Positions 34,682 to 43,205 of a stretch of 56,026 nucleotides of DNA are shown here, in pieces. Position numbers and translations under genes: made by a program. The stretch lies in the IMG/VR virus record IMGVR_UViG_3300024275_000009, positions 1 through 56,026 of that record; one strand, 5' to 3'. Origin of the DNA: a virus. Its lineage: Duplodnaviria > Caudoviricetes. The notes below the pieces were generated by a model. The model ran no database searches and was not told the DNA's origin. It worked only from the letters and a program-made list of their open reading frames with translations. Within the stretch, counting starts at the first letter, position 1. Every line of letters starts with the position of its first letter.

Positions 34682-35994
34682 TTATACCTCTTCATCATCT
34701 CATTGACCTGATCTTCTTGATCCTGCTCGTCTTCCTTCATCTCGTGCAGGTAGTCGGCGAAGCTTCGCATGTCACGCGAGCGCAGCTCACCTTCACTCGG
34801 CTGACCCGGCAGCGGGATCATGCGCCAGATGTTGAGGCGCGACACGGTCATAAAGCGCCCGGTTTTGGTACCTGACGGATGAATCGCAAGGTACGACTGT
34901 TCCTTGGCATCCTTCGGGCAGACGATCATTACGTTCAGGATCTCTTCCTTGAAGAGGATGGTCGCCACGTCCTCATTGCGCGGCTTGACGTTGTGTACCA
35001 GCCGCTCAACCGGGTAACGCAAGCCGAACTGCACACGAATACGTGCTGCCAGGATGTCGGTCTTGTCCGCCAGAATCTCCTTCTGCTCTTCCGGCTTCAG
35101 GTAAGTCAGGTTGTCGTTCAGGTCGAAGCGCTCGGGCTTCAAACCAACGCGCACCATCCACTGTTTCCAGTTGGGGCCGTGGCCGGCTTCGGTACGGTCG
35201 ACTACGCGATCAATCTCAGACACTGCCTGGTGGCACATCTCGTGCAGAAAGATTTCCGTGAAGAAGAACTGCGAGGCGTTGAAGATACGCGGGTCCATTG
35301 CCAGACGCCGGGTCATCGCATGCCACCAACCACGCGTACCGAAGGCACGGTTCGGCGTCAACTGGTCAATCATCAAATGCGGCATGCGCAGTCGACCTTC
35401 GAACTTGCGCCGATTCAGGTTCTCCCACAGCGCACGCATGAAAGCCATGCGCACCGTGCGATCATGGTAGCCGGCGACCTGGGCAGCACGATACATGTGC
35501 TCCAGGTTATCCGGGATCGGGATCTTCGGTACGTTCTTGTTGTCGACTTCGCGACCCTTGGTGGGCGGCTGCTGATTCGGTGGTACAGGCAACGGGCCCG
35601 CCGGGCCCGGCTGCTTGATGTACTTGCCTTTGTCGTCGATAACCGGATGCGAGCCCGGCAGGTTATCCGGCACGTAGGTCGGAATCGGTTTGTGGTGGGT
35701 TGAGTTGCGCTTGCTGTTCTGCAGCACCACCGTCTTGGTGTTCGGCTTGACCACGATACGGCCGTCTACACCGAAGCGCCAATACAGGTCAGCGCGACCC
35801 ACCGCAGCCGGCTTGGCATCACCCAACCGCTGCTTCATCTCGTCTTCGTTGAACGACTGATACTTGAACGAGATACGATCTTCGGACGAGAGCTTCGGCG
35901 ACAGCCCGATGAACCCGATTGATTCGAGGAACACCTGGGCTGAGCGCTCGTCAGCCTTCGCCGCTATCAGTCGATAGGCAGCTTCGAGCTTCAT
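34678..35994 (-). CDS. SprT-like zinc metalloprotease (paralog) with N-terminal tag
   Basis: LNRRKFEG...FLHEMCHQ...GHGPNW; MKLEAAYRLIAA. Confidence 0.85.
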   Translation of the reverse strand: MKLEAAYRLIAAKADERSAQVFLESIGFIGLSPKLSSEDRISFKYQSFNEDEMKQRLGDAKPAAVGRADLYWRFGVDGRIVVKPNTKTVVLQNSKRNSTHHKPIPTYVPDNLPGSHPVIDDKGKYIKQPGPAGPLPVPPNQQPPTKGREVDNKNVPKIPIPDNLEHMYRAAQVAGYHDRTVRMAFMRALWENLNRRKFEGRLRMPHLMIDQLTPNRAFGTRGWWHAMTRRLAMDPRIFNASQFFFTEIFLHEMCHQAVSEIDRVVDRTEAGHGPNWKQWMVRVGLKPERFDLNDNLTYLKPEEQKEILADKTDILAARIRVQFGLRYPVERLVHNVKPRNEDVATILFKEEILNVMIVCPKDAKEQSYLAIHPSGTKTGRFMTVSRLNIWRMIPLPGQPSEGELRSRDMRSFADYLHEMKEDEQDQEDQVNEMMKRYK

Positions 35995-37640
35995 TGCTTG
36001 ACCTCGGTATCGAATTTTTCGAGGAACTTCGGCGGGCGATAACCCAGCTCTCTAAAAAACGCCACCTGCACCGTCGGGTCGATGTAGTTGTTGATGGCCG
36101 TCATGCCGGTGACCTTGGTGCCGGTCGCGGTGCGCCGCACGTGGTTCAACCGCTTACCGACAGCTTCGGCCATCTTGGTGAACAGATCCAGCGCTTCCTT
36201 CTCCGTCTTCGGACGCTTGGTGACCTGCTCCATCAACTCACGGAACAGCGCAGTGCCGCGGAAGGTGCGCAGCTTGTGCACCGTCACGCCTTGAGCACCC
36301 ATCGCCTTGAACTCGGCATTAACCAGCGCCGGTGTCATCGGGCGCATCTTGTTGTTCTGGATGAAGGTGAACAGCTTGTCCTTCGGCGCCTTGTCCGCCA
36401 TCAGCTTGTGGATGGCCGCCACCACGTACTTCTGGATTGGGTCAGCCGCCATGAGGATGTGACGGAACGGCACTTCGTCCTTGCCTTTGTAGCGCAGGAT
36501 AATGTTGCCGGCGGCATCGCTCGAGACGTGCTTGACCAACAGCGTGGCGATACCGAACGTGGTGTTACCCGGCGTGCCGACACGTGCTGATGTCTCGAAC
36601 AGGATTTCCAGCACGACCGCACCGACCGACTGCGGATTGGTCATGTCGAACTTCTTGACCAACATGAACCACTTGCGCTGCATCGACTCGATCTTGCCGG
36701 ACAGGTCGGCGACCTTCTGAAACTTCTCGCGGGCCTGCGCCTTCTTGAAGTCGGTGGTGTAGAAGTGCGGGCCCGGCGAACCGTCGGGACGCACGGCACG
36801 CATCACCCAATTGTCGCCACCAGCCTTGCCGAAGTCCTTGTTCATCACCACGGACGGGAAGCTGATAGCGTTCGGTGCGCCGTCAATGGCACGACCGTCT
36901 TCGGTGAACAGCTTGCCGCGGTCATCGATGTGGCCGGTGAAGCCCTCGGTCAACAGATGCTTGAGGTCAGCGGCCTTCAAAGCTTCCAGCAGCTCAGGAT
37001 ACGGCACGGTCGGCTTACCCGACTTGCGCACATACGAGACGAGCGCGTCCTTCCACACCTGGTTGTAATCCTTGCGCAGCGTCAGGTATTGCTTGTACAG
37101 GTCCGGATGCAGCTCCTTGGCCTGTGCCGATTCTTCCGGGGTCAACGCGATGTCATCGCGGCCGACCAGCTGCTTGATGACCTTGCGCAAGTCGCCCTGC
37201 TGCTTGTTCTGCGACCCGACCTTGGGTGCAAAGAACTGTGAGACAAAGGGATTCGAAACGATACCCGCCATCTTCTTGATACGCATGAGCGCGGGTTCGC
37301 TGTCGGTTCGGAGATATGCGCCGAGGGCGTTGAGTACTTCCAACTCCTCGGCGGTGAACCGTTCGTTCTTGCGGAGTTCGGGGAATTGTTCCTTGATCTC
37401 GGCACCCAAGAGCGCCAGCTGCTCCGCCTTGTTGCGGCCAGCCAGCGCGGTGTTTACCGAATCACGGAGTGCCGGAAATAGCTTTCCCCATTGCGCAACT
37501 GCCGGCTTAGCCAGTTGACGCAATTCCTCTTCGGTCGCCTTGGAAGGCCGCCGTTCCGGGCCGGCTTCCAGGTAATCGATAATGAGTGTGTAGCAGATTT
37601 CCAGCAGCGATACCAACTGGGATGCGGTGACGAGTTCCAC
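35991..37640 (-). CDS. DNA topoisomerase IB with N-terminal extension
   Basis: ARVG, GIATL...H, YKGKD, HKLRT, LNH and NYIDP catalytic motifs of type IB topoisomerases. Confidence 0.88.
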   Translation of the reverse strand: MELVTASQLVSLLEICYTLIIDYLEAGPERRPSKATEEELRQLAKPAVAQWGKLFPALRDSVNTALAGRNKAEQLALLGAEIKEQFPELRKNERFTAEELEVLNALGAYLRTDSEPALMRIKKMAGIVSNPFVSQFFAPKVGSQNKQQGDLRKVIKQLVGRDDIALTPEESAQAKELHPDLYKQYLTLRKDYNQVWKDALVSYVRKSGKPTVPYPELLEALKAADLKHLLTEGFTGHIDDRGKLFTEDGRAIDGAPNAISFPSVVMNKDFGKAGGDNWVMRAVRPDGSPGPHFYTTDFKKAQAREKFQKVADLSGKIESMQRKWFMLVKKFDMTNPQSVGAVVLEILFETSARVGTPGNTTFGIATLLVKHVSSDAAGNIILRYKGKDEVPFRHILMAADPIQKYVVAAIHKLMADKAPKDKLFTFIQNNKMRPMTPALVNAEFKAMGAQGVTVHKLRTFRGTALFRELMEQVTKRPKTEKEALDLFTKMAEAVGKRLNHVRRTATGTKVTGMTAINNYIDPTVQVAFFRELGYRPPKFLEKFDTEVKQ

Positions 37641-37687
37641 GTTTGACTCCGTAGTTTGTGATTGCGTCTACGGAATCAAATTAGGCA

Positions 37688-38569
37688 TTACACTTCGTCT
37701 TCGATAGCGTTGTCGAGCTCGTCTTCGTCGGCATCGACTTCGTCATCCGCGAGGAACGACTCGACTGCTTCTGCCGTCGGGTTGATAAGCGCCGGCACGG
37801 CCAACGTATTCAGCGCGTCGAGTTCCTGCGTCCTGGCTTGCACTTCGTCCATCAGCGCCTCGCGCTCGAACATGGTCGCGTAGATGTGCGCTTCGGGCGG
37901 TTGGAAATTCGGGCCCTTCTGCACCTTGCCGTTTTCGTCCTTGATAACCTCGCCGTCGGCGCCTAGCTTGGTGAAGTTGGAGCCCATGATGCACATGAGG
38001 ATTGCTTCGAGCGGCAGGCCGAACTTCAACGCTTCCGAACGAATGTACACCGTCATGTCGCCGAGCCAGTCGCCGAGCATCACCAGCAGCTGACGGTCGA
38101 ACTCCTGCGCGATCAGATCTTCGCGGGTGAACGTATGATCCAGCAGGTCGTTGTTGAGCGCCAGCGCGTGGTCGATGGCCGCGATCAGTTCAATCTCGAT
38201 CTTGGTTGCGCGCTTTTCATCCACGCTGTGCACCACCAACGCATCGCGGATGGTGTAGCTTTGCAGCAACGTCGACCAGTCGTTGTCACCGGTGTTGGCT
38301 GCAGCGACCAGGCGATCACGCAGGCCGAGCAGCGCCTGGATTTCCTTGCCTTCTTCGATTTCCTTTTGCAGCGTCTTCAGGAACCCGCTGATACGCGCCA
38401 ACGGCGATTCGCTCAGGCCGTCCAACGTCGGGTCCGTATTGATCGGCAGCGAATACATCGCGTTCTGTTTCGTGATCTGCCAGGCGAACAGCTGCGACGG
38501 GTCGACGCCCGATGCTGCGAACTCTTCTGCCGTCGAACCGACCACCGCGTTGAATTGCTTGATGTCCAT
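37688..38569 (-). CDS. MazG-like/PRA-PH family nucleotide pyrophosphohydrolase
   Basis: KEIEE...DWLGD...SNFTKLGADG...DENGKVQKGPNF. Confidence 0.8.
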   Translation of the reverse strand: MDIKQFNAVVGSTAEEFAASGVDPSQLFAWQITKQNAMYSLPINTDPTLDGLSESPLARISGFLKTLQKEIEEGKEIQALLGLRDRLVAAANTGDNDWSTLLQSYTIRDALVVHSVDEKRATKIEIELIAAIDHALALNNDLLDHTFTREDLIAQEFDRQLLVMLGDWLGDMTVYIRSEALKFGLPLEAILMCIMGSNFTKLGADGEVIKDENGKVQKGPNFQPPEAHIYATMFEREALMDEVQARTQELDALNTLAVPALINPTAEAVESFLADDEVDADEDELDNAIEDEV

Positions 38570-38579
38570 TACTACTGCT

Positions 38580-38647
38580 CCTTGGGTTGGGAAGGGGTTG
38601 TGCGTTTAACACGACCCCTATTTACTACACCCAATCCCAACCCAAGG
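38580..38647 (-). promoter_or_regulatory. nested RNA hairpin overlapping the RBS, with an internal AGTAAATAG motif
   Basis: Perfect 13-bp outer inverted repeat CCTTGGGTTGGGA/TCCCAACCCAAGG plus an inner AGGGGTCGTG/CACAACCCCT stem. Confidence 0.7.
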
Positions 38648-38654
38648 TGGCACG

Positions 38655-38912
38655 CTACTTCACCGATACAACCGCGATGCGCAATCCGTTCAAGACGTTC
38701 TCTGTCTTCTCAATCAGATCGGCCACTTCGTTATGACTGGCGAAGTACGGCTTCTCGTGGTTGGTCAGAACAATGCGCCGCGTGTCACCGTCCAACACTA
38801 CATAGCCGAAGCCATCCATCTCCCACCTATGGCGCAACACGTCGAACTCGTCAACCACCGGGTACGCCTGACCGTTGATGACAATGGCGCGCGCCTTGTG
38901 CTTCTTCGACAT
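38655..38912 (-). CDS. hypothetical protein
   Basis: GAGG RBS; tightly coupled gene array. Confidence 0.6.
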   Translation of the reverse strand: MSKKHKARAIVINGQAYPVVDEFDVLRHRWEMDGFGYVVLDGDTRRIVLTNHEKPYFASHNEVADLIEKTENVLNGLRIAVVSVK

Positions 38913-39127
38913 TATGGCCTCTCCGTGATCTTGAAGATGCGCCGACCACCCAGGTCCTTCAGCCGCTCGACGACCTTATCGGTGAACAGATCGAAAGGCA
39001 GATACTCGTCGCTGTCGTCATGCTCAACAACCAAACCCCGTGGACGCTTGCCAACCACCGTGCAGGTGCATGGCGCCTTCTGGCTCAGCTTGTCGGTTTG
39101 AATATCCAGAAGATCGCCCTTTCTGAG
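38912..39127 (-). CDS. hypothetical protein (start uncertain, ~39140)
   Basis: 3' part of ORF 38912..39244; AAGGAG near 39150 suggests a GTG start close to 39142. Confidence 0.45.
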   Translation of the reverse strand, partial: LRKGDLLDIQTDKLSQKAPCTCTVVGKRPRGLVVEHDDSDEYLPFDLFTDKVVERLKDLGGRRIFKITERP

Positions 39128-39138
39128 TTCTCTTGCGT

Positions 39139-39438
39139 TCACTGCATCTCCTTCTTGACTTTCGAGATCAACGACTGCGAACAGCACAGGGTTCGTGCAA
39201 TCTCCGTATGTGGATAGTCGAGCTCCACCATGCGTTTGATCCAACGATGGCGCTGCTGCGGTGCCAGCAGGTACGGATCACGCAGCTCGTTCTCGAGAAA
39301 CAGCGCGCTACCCATCACCCCGTCATTGGTCTGGAACGAGATGGCCGCGAAGTCAGCGCTGCCGGTAATGGTCACCTTGGCGATGGTCGGATCTTCCAGG
39401 TGCTTCGTGAAATACTCGATGGCCTTGGTCTGCATCAA
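39139..39438 (-). CDS. helix-turn-helix protein
   Basis: C-terminal HTEIARTLCCSQSLISK helix-turn-helix pattern. Confidence 0.65.
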   Translation of the reverse strand: MMQTKAIEYFTKHLEDPTIAKVTITGSADFAAISFQTNDGVMGSALFLENELRDPYLLAPQQRHRWIKRMVELDYPHTEIARTLCCSQSLISKVKKEMQ

Positions 39439-39444
39439 TGCTCC

Positions 39445-39711
39445 TTAGTTGTCACCAACGGGGTAACTGAACGGGCCGTTGTCTCGGGGTTGTGCCGGTG
39501 GCTGTTCTTCGCGGGCCACACACTTCACCGCGCCCCACATATCGTGCATGTGGTGATGCGCGCTGCCATTCATCACCAACAGATCCACGAAGTCGCCGTT
39601 AACCACCTTAACGCCCTGACAGTAATAATGCGTAGCAACCTTCAGTTCGTGCGAGCTGACGATCTTGATTTCCTGACGAATCTCGTCAAAGGTCATGTTG
39701 GTTGCCTTCAC
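39445..39711 (-). CDS. hypothetical protein
   Basis: ORF in a tightly packed array. Confidence 0.5.
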   Translation of the reverse strand: MKATNMTFDEIRQEIKIVSSHELKVATHYYCQGVKVVNGDFVDLLVMNGSAHHHMHDMWGAVKCVAREEQPPAQPRDNGPFSYPVGDN

Positions 39712-40058
39712 TTCGACACCCTCCGACCTGGCTTGGCTGCCCGACGGGCCGGTGCGGCTTTCGTCTTACCCGCCGGCTTGAACTGACGCTTCGGCTTTTC
39801 CTCCTGGACTTCGCCTTCGCGCTCGAGCACCGTGAACTCGGTGTCGGGGCTCGTAGCCATCTTGCCGGCGGTGCGAAGGATGCGAACAGCCAGGTCATCA
39901 GCCAACGGCAGGAACATGCCCGAGCGCGTCGGCTTCCATTCGTTGGGTGCTGCCTTGTTCGCATACATTTGACGGATCGAGATCCCCTGCACCCCGTTGA
40001 TCTCGATTGCTTCGATGCGATACGCCTTGGTATCGCTAACCTTGATACGCTTTGCCAT
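39708..40058 (-). CDS. PC4-like ssDNA-binding/coactivator protein
   Basis: ISIRQMY...EWKPTRSGMFL matches the PC4 fold motif; basic tail; AGGAG RBS at ATG 40058. Confidence 0.7.
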   Translation of the reverse strand: MAKRIKVSDTKAYRIEAIEINGVQGISIRQMYANKAAPNEWKPTRSGMFLPLADDLAVRILRTAGKMATSPDTEFTVLEREGEVQEEKPKRQFKPAGKTKAAPARRAAKPGRRVSK

Positions 40059-40086
40059 TATTGTTCTCCTTGTGATTGACTGGTTG

Positions 40087-40431
40087 TTACTTCGACATTC
40101 GTTTCTTGAGTTCGGCGCGCTTGTCGGCCATCGCCGCATCGATGCGTGCGCGCATGTCGCGGTCACACATCTCGAGCGGGATGAACTTGATGCCCAGCTT
40201 ATCGCCGATCATCTGCGTGGCACGCGTCTTGCCACGTACGAGGTGCACCACGCCTGAATGCGATTCGGGTGTGGGCGCCAGCATGATGACGTTGCTCACC
40301 GGATCGTGAGTGCCGGCCGTTGCCTTGTAGGTCAGGTTGATCTTCGGCATCGGCATAGCTCGCAGCTTGTCCATCACTTGCTCGAAGCGCTTCAGACGCT
40401 CGCCGTCGATCTCAAACAGGGGACCTTCCAT
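40087..40431 (-). CDS. hypothetical protein
   Basis: ATG 40431 with AAGGAGG RBS. Confidence 0.6.
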   Translation of the reverse strand: MEGPLFEIDGERLKRFEQVMDKLRAMPMPKINLTYKATAGTHDPVSNVIMLAPTPESHSGVVHLVRGKTRATQMIGDKLGIKFIPLEMCDRDMRARIDAAMADKRAELKKRMSK

Positions 40432-40432
40432 A

Positions 40433-40840
40433 TCAACCTCCTTGGTTGAAGAAATCACGTAGGGACGACGCACGCTTGACGTCATTGCGCACAATATACG
40501 GCCGCAGCGAGGCAGACGGCGGTACGCTAAAGCCATTGTCTGCAATGAAGCCAACACGCCACACCATCGCCTGCTCACCGAACAGTTCAAAGCCAATTCG
40601 GGTTGACGCCAGCAACGGCTTGGCCTTCGGGGCGTCTTCGATGTACCTCATTGCGCCGGGGTACAACTCCTTGACCACCTCGCCGGTGTCCATGTTCTTG
40701 ATGAAGCTGACGCTGCCATAGAAGCGCGGCGGGAACTCATCCGGCGATTGAATCTCGAGAACAGCGGGCAGACCCTGCATATCACAAACAAGCATACGAG
40801 TCGTCATAACGAAACTCCTATCTATGTCAGGCGCTCTCAT
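40433..40840 (-). CDS. hypothetical protein
   Basis: Coupled ORF; alternative start at 40807. Confidence 0.55.
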   Translation of the reverse strand: MRAPDIDRSFVMTTRMLVCDMQGLPAVLEIQSPDEFPPRFYGSVSFIKNMDTGEVVKELYPGAMRYIEDAPKAKPLLASTRIGFELFGEQAMVWRVGFIADNGFSVPPSASLRPYIVRNDVKRASSLRDFFNQGG

Positions 40841-41166
40841 TAGCGGTTACCCTCGGAGCGTTTTAGTAATCGCCTGACTTGGTGTACGCGCTTCGGACCG
40901 AACTGCGAAGCCTTCATGGATTCGCGGGTTGCGTCGTCAAGCGCTTGTTGCTTCTTGACCTCGCCCTCGTACTTCACGAGCTGGCGCAGGTTGGCACCGA
41001 AGTTATCCGCTGCTACATGCACCGTATAACCTTTGCCGTTAGTCAGCCAGTAGGTAGCTCCTACTGCCTTGTGAATCAGTCCAGTGGGCTTCACGTACAC
41101 AGCATCGCCGGTACGGAAGCCCATAAAATGGACGCGCATATAGGCTCGCATCCAGATGCGTTGCAT
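40840..41166 (-). CDS. hypothetical protein
   Basis: GGGAG RBS; TAATG coupling. Confidence 0.55.
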   Translation of the reverse strand: MQRIWMRAYMRVHFMGFRTGDAVYVKPTGLIHKAVGATYWLTNGKGYTVHVAADNFGANLRQLVKYEGEVKKQQALDDATRESMKASQFGPKRVHQVRRLLKRSEGNR

Positions 41167-41192
41167 CTAATTCTCCCTACGGAGCTATGTGG

Positions 41193-41456
41193 TTACTCGT
41201 GCGTGGCAACAATCGCTGGTGAATGCTCCGACGGGGTCAGAAGACGATCCATTGCCCGCTGCACTCCCGCGTTGATGGCCGGCTGAATCAGCGACCCGTA
41301 GTTCGACAGCGCGGTGATCTCGGCGGCCGTTTCAAGCGTGCCAGTCAGCACTTCCTGAATCGTATTGCCTTGGTCTGTATCGAACATGGTATCGATGATG
41401 GCGCCGGTATCGGTTTCCAGCATGATGCGCGAACGCACACGTTTGATGGTACTCAT
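41193..41456 (-). CDS. hypothetical protein
   Basis: ATG 41456 with GAGG RBS. Confidence 0.55.
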   Translation of the reverse strand: MSTIKRVRSRIMLETDTGAIIDTMFDTDQGNTIQEVLTGTLETAAEITALSNYGSLIQPAINAGVQRAMDRLLTPSEHSPAIVATHE

Positions 41457-41536
41457 GGTTCTACCTCTACTCTTTATGTACTCCACTTTATAAACCGCGC
41501 AGCGCGCGGGCTTGGTCTCCCTGCCTCTCCTACTGT

Positions 41537-42421
41537 TTACTGCACGTCGGGATAAATCAACGCTTCCAACAACTCCTTCACGTCACCACGGGCTTCCGTA
41601 CTGGCAGCCCCTTCCAACAAGTTGTACTGATACGCCCAGCTTGCTTCGTGGTGTCGGTCAACCACATCAGCGCGTGCATGCGACCTCAGGAATAGCCGAT
41701 CACCGACGATGGCGTACTTCGGCCAACGCGTGTAGCAGCCGCTTTCGCAACCGGGCTCGGATAGCATCGACTTGACCAGCATCACAACAATGCCGTTGCC
41801 CTGATCCGCGAGGAAGCGTGTGTGTTTGGTTCGGATCAAGGCCTCCGGATAATCGGGCCTCGAGTCCTCCTGAGGCTTGAGCCGGTCAACCACGTACTTC
41901 TGATACGGCTTCAGCCTGAATCCCGCCGGCGACATGCCGATGATCTGCTCTGCCATATCCCGCGGCGATGGAGGCATCAGCATGTCCACGACTTCTTCGC
42001 GTGCTGGCGGCTTGCAAACGATCATACACAGCTTCGGGCGGTTGGCTTGTGCCTGGCGCATACGAGGCCCGTACTTTATGTACGCTTCGGCACCTTCGCC
42101 GAGATCATCGAACACCACCGTCCACTCGCGGATGTCCGAACCCTGCATCATGCGCTCGAACACTTCGAAGTTAACAACTACCGGCAGGAACTTGTATAGC
42201 CGTTGCCCCTTGTCCAGGTTAATCAACCGCATCCAGGCGATACGCACCTGCTCGACTTCGGTTACGATCACCACCGGACCGTCAACCTTGCGGCGCATGC
42301 GAATGTCGTCAATGTAGGACGCGGCACCAGCGCGTGATACCTTTGTCGCTGAGCGTACGAATGCGAAGATATCGTCGCCTGGCCTGAAGCCTTTGCTTGG
42401 CTCAAAATGATCCGTGTTCAT
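41537..42421 (-). CDS. hypothetical protein
   Basis: 294-aa ORF in the array. Confidence 0.6.
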   Translation of the reverse strand: MNTDHFEPSKGFRPGDDIFAFVRSATKVSRAGAASYIDDIRMRRKVDGPVVIVTEVEQVRIAWMRLINLDKGQRLYKFLPVVVNFEVFERMMQGSDIREWTVVFDDLGEGAEAYIKYGPRMRQAQANRPKLCMIVCKPPAREEVVDMLMPPSPRDMAEQIIGMSPAGFRLKPYQKYVVDRLKPQEDSRPDYPEALIRTKHTRFLADQGNGIVVMLVKSMLSEPGCESGCYTRWPKYAIVGDRLFLRSHARADVVDRHHEASWAYQYNLLEGAASTEARGDVKELLEALIYPDVQ

Positions 42422-42784
42422 TTATACCTGCTCCATAACGATGACCTGTTTGCTCAACGGCAGGCGTGCAGGAAACGGCTGCCAGTTCGGGTTGTGCTTC
42501 TCGAAGATGGCTTCCGTGTCGAAGTAGATGCGGTCGACTGCCTTGAACGCGTTGTCGATCCGCTTTTGCTTCTTCTCGGGTTCCATGCCCTCGGCCTTCA
42601 GGGCCGACTCGACTTCCTCAAGAGCTGCATACAGCTCGGTGTTCTTGGCTGTCGGCACACCACGAAACCACACGCCGCGCGGATGCGGGCATTCCAGCAA
42701 CGAGGACAGCTTGAACCGCAGCTGCTCCTTGCCCTCGCGCTCAGCCTTCGCCTCTAACAGCGAACGAAACGTTTGCTTCTGCAT
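42422..42784 (-). CDS. hypothetical protein
   Basis: AGGAG RBS; coupled to neighbours. Confidence 0.6.
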   Translation of the reverse strand: MQKQTFRSLLEAKAEREGKEQLRFKLSSLLECPHPRGVWFRGVPTAKNTELYAALEEVESALKAEGMEPEKKQKRIDNAFKAVDRIYFDTEAIFEKHNPNWQPFPARLPLSKQVIVMEQV

Positions 42785-43197
42785 CAACGATACTCCTGCT
42801 TCATCGGTTTACCAGTGCACGGCGTTACCGAATCCCGACTGTCGAGATCCAAATGAAACTCGTGCGTTGCGTCATTGTGTCGGATGTACTTGTCCTCGGA
42901 CAGAATCTTGGCCACCGCATCATCGTATCCAGCCGCGTCCAACGTGTAGAACGTGCCGCTCCACGAGTCGTCCTTCTTGCGATGCTGAATGCGGTAACGC
43001 GCCGGAAACGCTACCGGCAGCCGATGCGGGGACATCTCGAAGATGAAGTCGGTGTGGGTGAGCTTCCACTGTACATCTGCTTCGTCGACTGCGAGAATGC
43101 ACGGCCCGATGGCATGCTCGTTCTGAATGATGGTTGCTTCAACGATCTTTAGCTTGCCGGTCGGGGTAAGTTGATTCTTGTGCCATGTCGGATTCAT
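42784..43197 (-). CDS. hypothetical protein
   Basis: Coupled ORF. Confidence 0.6.
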   Translation of the reverse strand: MNPTWHKNQLTPTGKLKIVEATIIQNEHAIGPCILAVDEADVQWKLTHTDFIFEMSPHRLPVAFPARYRIQHRKKDDSWSGTFYTLDAAGYDDAVAKILSEDKYIRHNDATHEFHLDLDSRDSVTPCTGKPMKQEYR

Positions 43198-43205
43198 TAC
43201 CGCCC

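Noticed and set aside
856-35994. The tag as a Sec/Tat signal peptide or an RNA-level element
   Set aside because: It has no hydrophobic h-region or twin-Arg, it also occurs at C-termini, and synonymous codon variation argues for peptide-level selection.
35991-37640. Tyrosine integrase / prophage interpretation
   Set aside because: Motif spacing and context (RVG, KGKD, LRT, YIDP) fit topoisomerase IB. No att sites or host genes are seen.
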